Below, in pieces: positions 1-7,536 of a stretch of DNA of 40,416 nucleotides; position 1 is the first letter of the stretch; each line of letters opens with the position of its first letter. Source of the stretch: an uncultured Dehalococcoidales bacterium. GTDB taxonomy: Bacteria; Chloroflexota; Dehalococcoidia; GIF9; UBA5629. The position numbers and the translations under genes are program-made. The DNA lies in NCBI GenBank assembly GCA_964619115.1, contig CAZUEB010000002.1, forward strand, positions 1 through 40,416, read 5' to 3'. The notes beneath the pieces were generated by a model, which was given only the letters and a program-made list of their open reading frames with translations, did not search any database and was not told where the DNA came from.

Positions 1-31
1 CCACAGCTCCACCCTGTCCCCTCACTCTAAC

Positions 32-52
32 TCTCTCCCGCCAGGGGAGAGA
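32..52. repeat. Perfect 8-bp hairpin TCTCTCCC-GCCAG-GGGAGAGA with C-rich flanks
   Basis: Positions 32-39 are the reverse complement of 45-52. CCCTCACTC at 19-27 and CCCTCTCACTC at 59-69 flank it as near-direct repeats. It lies 3' of the minus-strand kinase gene. Confidence 0.6.
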
Positions 53-112
53 AGACTGCCCTCTCACTCAAAAGTATCTATCACTCTACCCCCAAAGGGG
101 TAAAGATCATTT

Positions 113-135
113 TCCTCTCCCTTGATGGGAGAGGA
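113..135. repeat. Perfect 9-bp hairpin TCCTCTCCC-TTGAT-GGGAGAGGA followed by a G-rich GGTAAGGGTGA tail
   Basis: Positions 113-121 are the reverse complement of 127-135. The following GAAGGTAAGGGTGAAAG resembles the GGGTTAGGGTGAGGGTGA tract at 6491-6520. There is no U-run on either strand, so it is not a canonical intrinsic terminator. Confidence 0.6.
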
Positions 136-201
136 GAAGGTAAGGGTGAAAGCTACGCCCTAGAAATTCTTAATCCTAAGCCCCAAATCCTGAACAACTA
201 T

Positions 202-3200
202 CTAAATCCCGCTCTTATCTCTAACTTTTGGCTTTTGACTTTTGACCTGGTGGGTGCCCTTCCGGCGGGACCCGGTCAACAGGCGGTTTACCTCAGCACC
301 CAACTCCTTAATATCAAACGGTTTGGTAATACACGGAACTCCTGTCCTGGCAAGAATGGCTTCGGTATCCACCCCCATCACATCACCCGTTATGAACACC
401 ACCCGTTTCGCCAGGGATGGCTCTATCTCCTTAATACGCTCATACAACTCGTTACCGCTCATTTCAGGCAATTTCATGTCCAGAAGTATGAGGTTATAAT
501 TATTGCTCTTAATCCTCTTCAGCGCGTCCTTGCCATTGTCTGTAGTCTCCACCTCATGCCCCTCCTCAGTAAGAACCTGGATTAACAACTGCCTCACCAC
601 CTGTTCATCATCCACCACCAGTATCTTGCCTTTAGCTGTTTTCTCGGCTTTGCGCGCCGTCTTAGCCTGTCTGGGACGTTTGGCTTCGGTGACCACGGGC
701 AGCTCCACTACAAAAGTAGCTCCGTTGCCACTCTGGCTTTCAGCCCATATCCTGCCACCATGCTTGGCTACTATCCCGTGGCAGATGCTCAAACCAAGAC
801 CGGCCCCCTCACCCACCTCCTTGGTAGTAAAGAAGGGGTCGAATATCCTCTCCAGATTTTCCTCAGCTATGCCCGGGCCATTGTCTTTAAAAGATATCCG
901 GATGGTATTACCAACGCTCTCTGTCTTAATTATGAGCTTTCCTTTACCATGCGCCGACCTCATCTCCATCTCGGCATTAATAATCAAGTTCAGGAACACC
1001 TGCTGAAGCTGCCCGGCATCGGCGACGGTCGCAGGTATGTCAGGAGCCAGCCTGGCAGTGGCCGTTATATTACCAGTCTCTAGCTCGTAGGCACGCAGGC
1101 GTAAAACAATCTCAATAACCTGGTTAACATCCACAACCGTACGCTCCGGCCTGGTCTGGCGTGCAAAAGTGAGCAGCCCTTTTACGACATCAGCCACCCG
1201 CTTGGCTCCCTCATAGATAATCTTTAAATCATTCTTTATATGTTCGGGCACATCCTCATGCATCAGCAACTCGGCATAACCGATAACACCGGTAAGCGGA
1301 TTATTTATCTCATGGGCAATGCCGGCAGCTAATTCGCCTACGGAAGCCAGACGGCTGGCAAGCTGTGCCTTTTGCTCCATCTCCTTCCTCTCTTCTTCAG
1401 CCTTCTTCCGTTCAGTGATATCCCGCATAACGCCCAGAATCCCAACCGGTCGCCCGTCCGGGTTGCGAATAAAGCTCATCTTCAGCTCAGACCACAAGGT
1501 GGAACCATCACGGCGAATAATTTCTACCTCCACCGTCCGCGACCTGCCCGGTTCCGGTGGCGCAGCCTTTGCCCGAGCCAGCTCCTCGGTAAAAACACCC
1601 AACGCCACCTTCTGAGAAGATGGCTTAAGTAGTTGCTCAAATGACATGGACATAACCTCTTCAGCGGTGCGGTCTACGATGTATTTAGCAGATGGACTTA
1701 CATATGTGAACCGCAAGTCCATGTCCGTAGACCAGATAACGTCTCTCACATTCTCAGCCAGCAGCCGGTATTGCTCCTCGCTCGCCCGCAGCGCCTCCTC
1801 AGCCTTCTTACGATCAGAAATATTACGGACCACAGCCTGCATTGCCGGCTTGCCCTGATAAACTAAAGGCGCTGCCCTCACCTCAACAGCAACAGGCGTG
1901 CCATCGAGCCTGAGAAATTCCTCTTCGATAGCAGGAGCTATGGTTCCTGTTTCCATCGACTTTCGCATCCGTTCGGCAACAACTTCACGATAGTCCGGGT
2001 GAATTACATCCAGGACCGGCTTTCCAATAATTTGGTCAGGTTTCGATGCGCCAAACAACTTCAGCCCAGCAGTATTTACGAATACGTGCTTACCATCAGT
2101 GGCAACAAAAATAGCTTCAGGAGATAGCTCTATCAGAGAGCGATACCGTTCCTCGCTTTCCATCAGAGATTCCTCAGCCTTCTTGCGCTCGGTGATGTCA
2201 CGGATAAATGTAAACACTCGTCCACCATGAATCGGCAAATAGTTGACACTTACCTCGACATCGATAATTGCGCCATCCTTGCGCCGGTGGCGGCTCTCAA
2301 AGCGTTCGTAGCCAACATCACTTATTTTTTGCATGCGTTCGGCTGTTTCCTCCGGTCTCTCTATTGCTTCGATATCTGAGATTGCCATGTTCAGAAGCTC
2401 TTCGCGGCTGTAGCCTGTCAAACTGCAATAAGCCTCGTTCACATCTAGAAAGTGCCCCTGCATATCCGCCTGCCAGAAACCATCCATAGCGCCATGGATA
2501 ATGGTCTGGTACTGCTCCTCAGCCTGTTTACGCTCAGTGATATCCTGATACACCACCTGGAATTGCCTCTCTCCATTCCACAGCACTTCTCCGCGAGACA
2601 CCGAAAGGTCTCGCATCTGACCGTCCCGGCGCACAATGCTGACCTCATAATTGGGTGGGATAAGCTCTCCACGTTTTCTCTTCTCTACTCGTTCCCTATG
2701 CTCAGCATAGCTCTCGGGCGTATAAAGTTGCTTTCTAGGCACAGCTTCCAGTTCCTCAAGACTACCGTAGCCGTATATACTCAGTAAAGACCGGTTGACG
2801 TAAAGCGTCTTTCCATCTTCGCTGGCAATTCGTATACCCAGAGGCGAGTTTTCTATTGAGTCACGGAAATTTTGCTCAGAAAGGCGTAACGCCTCCTCAG
2901 CCCGCTTTCGCTCAGTAATGTCTCGCTGCATCGAAATGGAATAAAGCACTTCCCCATCAGCACTCCTGACAGCACCAGCACTTAGCAGCACAATCCTTTC
3001 AACACCTTCTTTAGTGATTATTTTTAGTTCCTGGGTTTCGAGCTTCCCAGTTTCCCGCCAAATCCTGAATAATTCTTCAGCCTTTTGGCGAGAGCCAGGC
3101 GCATAAAGCGTGGTAATAAGCGGCTTTCCTATGAGTTCGTCTTCTGTGTAACCAAGTACCCTCAGTGCAATCTTGTTCACGTCCAGAATGTTGCCTTCAG

Positions 3201-4461
3201 TCGAAACCATATAGCAGTATGCAGGAGCATCTTCAAAGAATGCCCTGAACCTTTTCTCACTCTCTTTCAATGCCTCCTCAGCCCGCTTTCGCTCGGTGAC
3301 ATCATGGAGTATGGTCAGGATGATCTCTCTATCCCCGATAGTGGCTAATCTGGCAGATATAACAGCATCGTATTCGCTGCCGCCTTTGCGTTTGAGCCTC
3401 AACGGATAATCAGCAACACTGCCATGCCGCCTCATCTCTTGCAGCAAAAACTCTCTATCTGCCTTATTAACGTATATATCAACCATGTTAATCTTGCTCA
3501 TTTCATCAACAGAGTATCCGTTGATTTCCCCCATTGCCTTGTTCATGGTTATAATCTTGCCATCAGTCGAGGAAAAACCGATTCCAAAAGGGGCATTATC
3601 GAAGAGATGGCGGTACCACTGCTCGCTTTCTATCAGCGCCTTCTCCAATTTTCTGCGCTCGGTTATGTCCTTAACATAAACACAAAGACCATCCTGCGTG
3701 GGATAAGCACTGATTTCAAAAACGTAGTCTCTGCCACCGATAGAATGCTCATTCACAAAATGCTGCGGCTCCTTCGTCACCAGCGCCCTTCGGTATGCGC
3801 TCTCAGCCCTTCTGGCGGCTTCGTCATCCGGGAAAACATCGGACATGTGCTTCCCCAGCGCCTCCTTAGCCGGGACGCCGGTAAGCTCTTCGCTGGCTTT
3901 ATTCCAGTACGTATACCTCAGTTTGCTGTCCAGAGCGAAAAAAACGTCCGTTATGCTTTCGGCAAGTTCCCTGTATCTCGACTCACTTTGTTTTAGGGCC
4001 TCATCTACCCGCTTGCGCTCGGTGATGTCGGTCTCAAAGATAAGTGCGGCAGGTCCACCCTCCCAGTCAATTAAAGTAACATTCCTCTCCAACCACCTGA
4101 CATTACCCGCTTTATCAATAATCCTTAAATTATAAGTCTGCGGAGCGCTCTCCCCTGTTAATCTTCCATTACGGTATTCAATCACCATGTCCCTATCATC
4201 CGGATGGACACGTTCTGTATAAAGGATAGAGCCTAGCTCTTCAATTGTGTGACCTGTAAGCTCTAACAGTTTAGGGTTGGCAAACTTGATTTTGCCGTCC
4301 TGAGTCACGGCGATTGCCTCAGCCGCATTTTCCAGCAGCAGGCGATACCTATCTTCAGCCTTCTTGCTCTCCGCTGCTGAGGCTTCCAGCTCGGCAATCC
4401 TCTGACGCAACTGCTCCAGCTCAGTGATGAGCTGCCCGGCGTCCCTATCCGCATCTTTCAT
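202..4461 (-). CDS. Hybrid sensor histidine kinase/response regulator with eight tandem PAS modules, HisKA, HATPase_c and a C-terminal receiver domain
   Basis: 1419-aa ORF. Eight PAS-sized units each end in a D(I/V)TERK(R/K)AEEAL-type linker. The H-box is AHEINNPL and a G-box is GEGAGLGLSICHG. The receiver has ILVVDDE ... LILLDMKLP. A strong SD (AAGGAGGTG) sits 5 nt upstream of the ATG at 4461. Confidence 0.92.
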   Translation of the reverse strand: MKDADRDAGQLITELEQLRQRIAELEASAAESKKAEDRYRLLLENAAEAIAVTQDGKIKFANPKLLELTGHTIEELGSILYTERVHPDDRDMVIEYRNGRLTGESAPQTYNLRIIDKAGNVRWLERNVTLIDWEGGPAALIFETDITERKRVDEALKQSESRYRELAESITDVFFALDSKLRYTYWNKASEELTGVPAKEALGKHMSDVFPDDEAARRAESAYRRALVTKEPQHFVNEHSIGGRDYVFEISAYPTQDGLCVYVKDITERRKLEKALIESEQWYRHLFDNAPFGIGFSSTDGKIITMNKAMGEINGYSVDEMSKINMVDIYVNKADREFLLQEMRRHGSVADYPLRLKRKGGSEYDAVISARLATIGDREIILTILHDVTERKRAEEALKESEKRFRAFFEDAPAYCYMVSTEGNILDVNKIALRVLGYTEDELIGKPLITTLYAPGSRQKAEELFRIWRETGKLETQELKIITKEGVERIVLLSAGAVRSADGEVLYSISMQRDITERKRAEEALRLSEQNFRDSIENSPLGIRIASEDGKTLYVNRSLLSIYGYGSLEELEAVPRKQLYTPESYAEHRERVEKRKRGELIPPNYEVSIVRRDGQMRDLSVSRGEVLWNGERQFQVVYQDITERKQAEEQYQTIIHGAMDGFWQADMQGHFLDVNEAYCSLTGYSREELLNMAISDIEAIERPEETAERMQKISDVGYERFESRHRRKDGAIIDVEVSVNYLPIHGGRVFTFIRDITERKKAEESLMESEERYRSLIELSPEAIFVATDGKHVFVNTAGLKLFGASKPDQIIGKPVLDVIHPDYREVVAERMRKSMETGTIAPAIEEEFLRLDGTPVAVEVRAAPLVYQGKPAMQAVVRNISDRKKAEEALRASEEQYRLLAENVRDVIWSTDMDLRFTYVSPSAKYIVDRTAEEVMSMSFEQLLKPSSQKVALGVFTEELARAKAAPPEPGRSRTVEVEIIRRDGSTLWSELKMSFIRNPDGRPVGILGVMRDITERKKAEEERKEMEQKAQLASRLASVGELAAGIAHEINNPLTGVIGYAELLMHEDVPEHIKNDLKIIYEGAKRVADVVKGLLTFARQTRPERTVVDVNQVIEIVLRLRAYELETGNITATARLAPDIPATVADAGQLQQVFLNLIINAEMEMRSAHGKGKLIIKTESVGNTIRISFKDNGPGIAEENLERIFDPFFTTKEVGEGAGLGLSICHGIVAKHGGRIWAESQSGNGATFVVELPVVTEAKRPRQAKTARKAEKTAKGKILVVDDEQVVRQLLIQVLTEEGHEVETTDNGKDALKRIKSNNYNLILLDMKLPEMSGNELYERIKEIEPSLAKRVVFITGDVMGVDTEAILARTGVPCITKPFDIKELGAEVNRLLTGSRRKGTHQVKSQKPKVRDKSGI

Positions 4462-4583
4462 CTCTCACCTCCTTTGAATGGACTGGCTCTACCTGGGATT
4501 GCAAAATGAAACCATTTTACCTGCCTCCTTTCTACTATCTTCCGCTGAATATGTCAAGTCAGTGAGTCCACTCATGCAAAAAC

Positions 4584-4611
4584 TTGACAAGTCTGAAAAA
4601 GGTGGTAAAAT
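4584..4611 (+). promoter_or_regulatory. Sigma70-type promoter for the T-box/trpB2 transcript
   Basis: TTGACA at 4584-4589, a 16-nt spacer, then TAAAAT at 4606-4611 preceded by TGG (extended -10, TGnTAAAAT). Confidence 0.7.
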
Positions 4612-4629
4612 GAATGTCTAATTGAATAT

Positions 4630-4916
4630 AGCAAAGGCTGTGAGCAGGACTAGTAAGCCTTTAAGCGAGGCTACAGAGAGTCAGAAGAGGTGAAAGCTGA
4701 TGCCGGCGCAGAGACTGAATGGACCTGGGAGCCGCAAACCGAAAGTTTAGTGTAACTAATACAAGTAGGCTTTGACGCAAAGGGTAGCGTTATCATAACC
4801 TGGGGTATCGCTCTAGCTTATAGGGCTGTACCTGAAAGAGATGGTCGAAAGACCAATAAGGGTGGCACCGCGAAGATTAAGCCTCTCGCCCCTTAGGCGA
4901 GAGGCTTCTTGTTTCT
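4630..4916 (+). promoter_or_regulatory. T-box leader (tRNA-sensing riboswitch) with a UGG (Trp) specifier
   Basis: Landmarks occur in the canonical order. These are the GA/K-turn-like TGTGA 4639-4643, AGTA 4652-4655, the AG bulge AGAGAG 4675-4680 and the distal loop GGTGAAA 4689-4695. They are followed by GAA-TGG-A at 4717-4723 (codon TGG 4720-4722 with the usual 3' purine) and the T-box sequence AATAAGGGTGGCACCGCG at 4855-4872, then a terminator. The downstream gene is a tryptophan synthase beta homolog. Confidence 0.88.
4881..4916 (+). terminator. Intrinsic terminator of the T-box leader
   Basis: GCCTCTCGCC (4881-4890) pairs perfectly with GGCGAGAGGC (4896-4905) across the loop CCTTA. It is followed by the U-rich TTCTTGTTTCT. 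Confidence 0.8.
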
Positions 4917-4944
4917 ATAAAGAGCTTTCGAAGGAGGTAACGGC

Positions 4945-4974
4945 ATGGCAACAATATCTTGGATGTGGCCCTAG
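4945..4974 (+). CDS. Candidate 9-codon leader mini-ORF MATISWMWP* with two Trp codons
   Basis: AAGGAGGT at 4931-4938 lies 7 nt upstream of the ATG at 4945. Codons are ATG GCA ACA ATA TCT TGG ATG TGG CCC TAG. It sits between the T-box terminator and the trpB2 SD. There is no homology evidence and it is too short for coding statistics. Confidence 0.35.
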   Translation: MATISWMWP

Positions 4975-5037
4975 TGGCCAGGGACAAGCTTAACCAGCCT
5001 AAACACTTTTTATCTCAAAAACTAAAAGGGAGGAAAA

Positions 5038-6405
5038 ATGAAAGAAACCAAAATCATCTTAACCGAAAAGGAAATGCCTACGACCTGGTACAATATCTTG
5101 CCCGACCTGCCCAAGCCATTGCCTCCATTGCTGCATCCGGGCACCGGTCAACCCACTCCCCTGCCTCCACCACTTTTCTCCAAAGGTATGCAAGACCAGG
5201 AGTTCAGCAAAGAGAAAAATATCGAGATCCCAGAAGAGGTGCAGGATATCTACAAGCTGTGGCGGCCCACCCCAGTAATCCGCGCTTACCGTCTGGAGAA
5301 AGCGCTGGATACACCAGCCAAAATATTCTATAAATACGAGGGGGTAAGCCCGGCTGGCAGCCATAAACTTAACACCGCCGTGGCTCAAGCCTATTACGGC
5401 AAGAAAGATGGCATAAAGCGCTTCTCCACCGAGACCGGCGCCGGCCAGTGGGGCAGTGCGCTGTCTATGGGCTGCGCCTTCTTTGGTATTGAATGCAAAG
5501 TCTATATGGTCAAGGTGAGCTACAACCAGAAGCCATACCGCCGTATACTTATGGAGACATGGGGAGCTAAGTGTGTGGCTAGTCCCAGCCAGGATACAGA
5601 AATAGGGCGCAAAATTCTGGCTGAAGACCCCAATTCACCGGGCACCCTGGGCATCGCCATCAGCGAGGCAATTGAGGACGCCTTCGGCCGCGAGGATACC
5701 TACTACTCCATAGGCAGCGTCATAAACTCCGTCCTGCTCCACCAGACCATAATCGGGCAGGAAGCCAAGAAGCAGATGGAGAAGGCAGGTCTATATCCAG
5801 ATATAATCGTCGGCTGTATCGGTGGCGGCAGCAACTTCGCCGGCGTATACCTGCCCTTCGTCAAGGATAAAATCGAAGGCAAGAAGCCCAACCTGCGCAT
5901 AATAAATGTGGAACCATCAGCTTGCCCCAGCGTAACTAAAGGTCCTTATGCCTGGGACTACGGTGATGTCGCTGGAATGGCGCCAATCGCCAAGATGAAC
6001 ACGCTGGGTCACACCTTCGTACCACCCGGGATTCACGCTGGCGGGCTCCGATACCACGGCATGGCACCAATCATCTGTCATCTTCACAATCTAGGCTTTG
6101 TCGAAGCCAAGGCGGTGCCCCAGGTGGCAACTTTCCAGGCTGGCGTGCAGTTCGCCCGCACCGAGGGCATCATCCCGGCACCAGAGCCGAACCACGGCAT
6201 CAGGGTAGCCATAGATGAAGCCCTGGCATGCAAGAAGTCTGGTGAGTCCAAGACCATACTCATAGCCCTGAGCGGACATGGACACTTCGACCTGGCGGCT
6301 TACGACGAGTTTCTCTCCGGCAAGTTGCAGGACTACGACTATCCTGAAGAAAAAGTCAAGGAAGCCCTGACACATCTGCCCAAGGTAGATTACGTAGAGG
6401 CATAG
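5038..6405 (+). CDS. trpB2: TrpB2-type tryptophan synthase beta-subunit homolog (PLP-dependent), stand-alone
   Basis: 455 aa. The long N-terminal extension ([26 protein letters not shown]) is typical of TrpB2. It has the PLP-lysine context AGSHKLN and the glycine loop GGGSNFAG. The SD GGGAGG lies 5 nt before the ATG. No trpA is adjacent. Confidence 0.9.
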   Translation: MKETKIILTEKEMPTTWYNILPDLPKPLPPLLHPGTGQPTPLPPPLFSKGMQDQEFSKEKNIEIPEEVQDIYKLWRPTPVIRAYRLEKALDTPAKIFYKYEGVSPAGSHKLNTAVAQAYYGKKDGIKRFSTETGAGQWGSALSMGCAFFGIECKVYMVKVSYNQKPYRRILMETWGAKCVASPSQDTEIGRKILAEDPNSPGTLGIAISEAIEDAFGREDTYYSIGSVINSVLLHQTIIGQEAKKQMEKAGLYPDIIVGCIGGGSNFAGVYLPFVKDKIEGKKPNLRIINVEPSACPSVTKGPYAWDYGDVAGMAPIAKMNTLGHTFVPPGIHAGGLRYHGMAPIICHLHNLGFVEAKAVPQVATFQAGVQFARTEGIIPAPEPNHGIRVAIDEALACKKSGESKTILIALSGHGHFDLAAYDEFLSGKLQDYDYPEEKVKEALTHLPKVDYVEA

Positions 6406-6434
6406 TCCACATATATAGAGTGCTTGTTTTTCAT

Positions 6435-6520
6435 CCTCACCTTAAACCCTCTTCCTTGCCTGTCCTGAGCGTAGTCGAAGGAATGGGAGAGGGTTAGGGT
6501 TAGGGTGAGGGTGAGGGTGA
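6435..6520. repeat. Long imperfect palindrome whose G-rich arm is (GGGNNN)x6, a telomere-like GGGTTA/GGGTGA repeat
   Basis: The C-rich arm is CCTCACCTTAAACCCTCTTCC (6435-6455). The central segment is TTGCCTGTCCTGAGCGTAGTCGAAGGAA. The G-rich arm has GGG at 6485, 6491, 6497, 6503, 6509 and 6515, an exact 6-nt period. It lies between the convergent trpB2 and MBL hydrolase genes. Confidence 0.75.
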
Positions 6521-6586
6521 ATCTTTGCATTTTAATCTGCCATATCGTGACTTCGAATCTGGCGGGAATTTGATAATGGTGGCAGA

Positions 6587-7360
6587 CTAGAGATTGAGCT
6601 TCATACCCTCGTAACCGATATCTATGCGGACCCCCAATCCTTTAGCCACCTCCTTAACCTCCCGCTCGACTTCTCTCTGGAATTGGAGCGGAATATGGAT
6701 GACAACAACACGTGGCAAATATCCCTTCATTTGCTTGAACTGTACGAGTTCCTCCTTGAGAAGCCCGGCTGACAGATGCCCCACACTCTTAAGAAATTCC
6801 TGAGACCTGTTGATGCCGGATACTTCAATTATAAGCAACTGTGGCGATATCTTTTGCCAGCATTCTGCCAATCCCGGACCAGTGTCACCTGTGTAAAACA
6901 GACTTTTACCATCTCTGGATGTGACCAGAAATCCGAGGCAAGGCACTGAATGTTGTACCGCTACAGGCAACACATCATATCCCTGAATATTCTGCCTCTG
7001 AAATGGCTCAATAACATTTAGACGCAGAAAAGGCTTGTCTTTAGATGGCCATTTAGAGAAATCGGCATACATCTTGCCATCGAGAAGACATGAGTTAACA
7101 ATATCAAGAGTTTGGCTCAAGGCATAGACATCTACGGGATTCGGAAACGCGGCACCGTTAGCTCCCAGTGTGACCAGATCACGGGTATGGTCGAAATGAT
7201 GATGAGTCAGCAAAATCGCTCTCACCTTCTGCTGCTCCGGCAGCGAGAGGCTAGAAGTAAGACCACCAGCGTCCAAAGCCAGAGTGCCATCAATGAGAAG
7301 GGAAACCATCATCTGCCCTTTAGCCTCTGTACTGTGAGCGCCCAGAATGCGGATTCTCAT
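6587..7360 (-). CDS. MBL-fold metallo-hydrolase (class-II cyclic-nucleotide phosphodiesterase-like)
   Basis: 257 aa with the metallo-beta-lactamase motif LLTHHHFDHTRD (HxHxDH) and a downstream YTGDTG. The substrate cannot be assigned from sequence. Confidence 0.8.
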   Translation of the reverse strand: MRIRILGAHSTEAKGQMMVSLLIDGTLALDAGGLTSSLSLPEQQKVRAILLTHHHFDHTRDLVTLGANGAAFPNPVDVYALSQTLDIVNSCLLDGKMYADFSKWPSKDKPFLRLNVIEPFQRQNIQGYDVLPVAVQHSVPCLGFLVTSRDGKSLFYTGDTGPGLAECWQKISPQLLIIEVSGINRSQEFLKSVGHLSAGLLKEELVQFKQMKGYLPRVVVIHIPLQFQREVEREVKEVAKGLGVRIDIGYEGMKLNL

Positions 7361-7477
7361 TCCTGTGCCTCCGATTTACAAATTTGCCCTGAACTTGAAC
7401 AAATACTGTAACGGGCTATTACCTTATCAGCTAATCACGCATTATGAACCAGTTAGTCATAATAATCAAGCATATTT

Positions 7478-7506
7478 TTGCCACAAAAAAAGCTCTGTGC
7501 TAAAAT
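7478..7506 (+). promoter_or_regulatory. Sigma70-type promoter upstream of the HtrA-like protease
   Basis: TTGCCA at 7478-7483, a 17-nt spacer, then TGC-TAAAAT (extended -10) at 7498-7506. Confidence 0.6.
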
Positions 7507-7536
7507 TCATGCACTTTCAATCGCAGGAAGGCTTTA

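Noticed and set aside
503-1006. 167-aa ORF, plus others at 3424-3996, 1319-1615 and 2452-2787, antisense to the histidine kinase
   Set aside because: All lie inside and opposite a 1419-aa gene with clear domain structure. The translations are Ser/Leu/Pro-rich noise.
4959-5333. 124-aa plus-strand ORF (TTG start) overlapping the trpB2 5' region
   Set aside because: It is out of frame with the strongly supported trpB2 gene and has no SD. Its sequence is low-complexity and basic, so it is an artefact of the ORF caller.
6485-6520. TTAGGG-type repeats as a true telomere or linear-replicon end
   Set aside because: There are only about 5-6 units, mixed GGGTTA and GGGTGA. They are embedded between two intact convergent chromosomal genes and paired with a C-rich complementary arm. 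I interpret this as a structured intergenic repeat, not a chromosome end.
6541-6586. tRNA-like fragment (CTTCGAATCT resembles a T-loop) within a CTGCCA...TGGCAG stem
   Set aside because: The flanks of the TTCGAAT loop are not complementary, and no acceptor, D or anticodon arms can be drawn. It is not a tRNA, and at most a degraded remnant.
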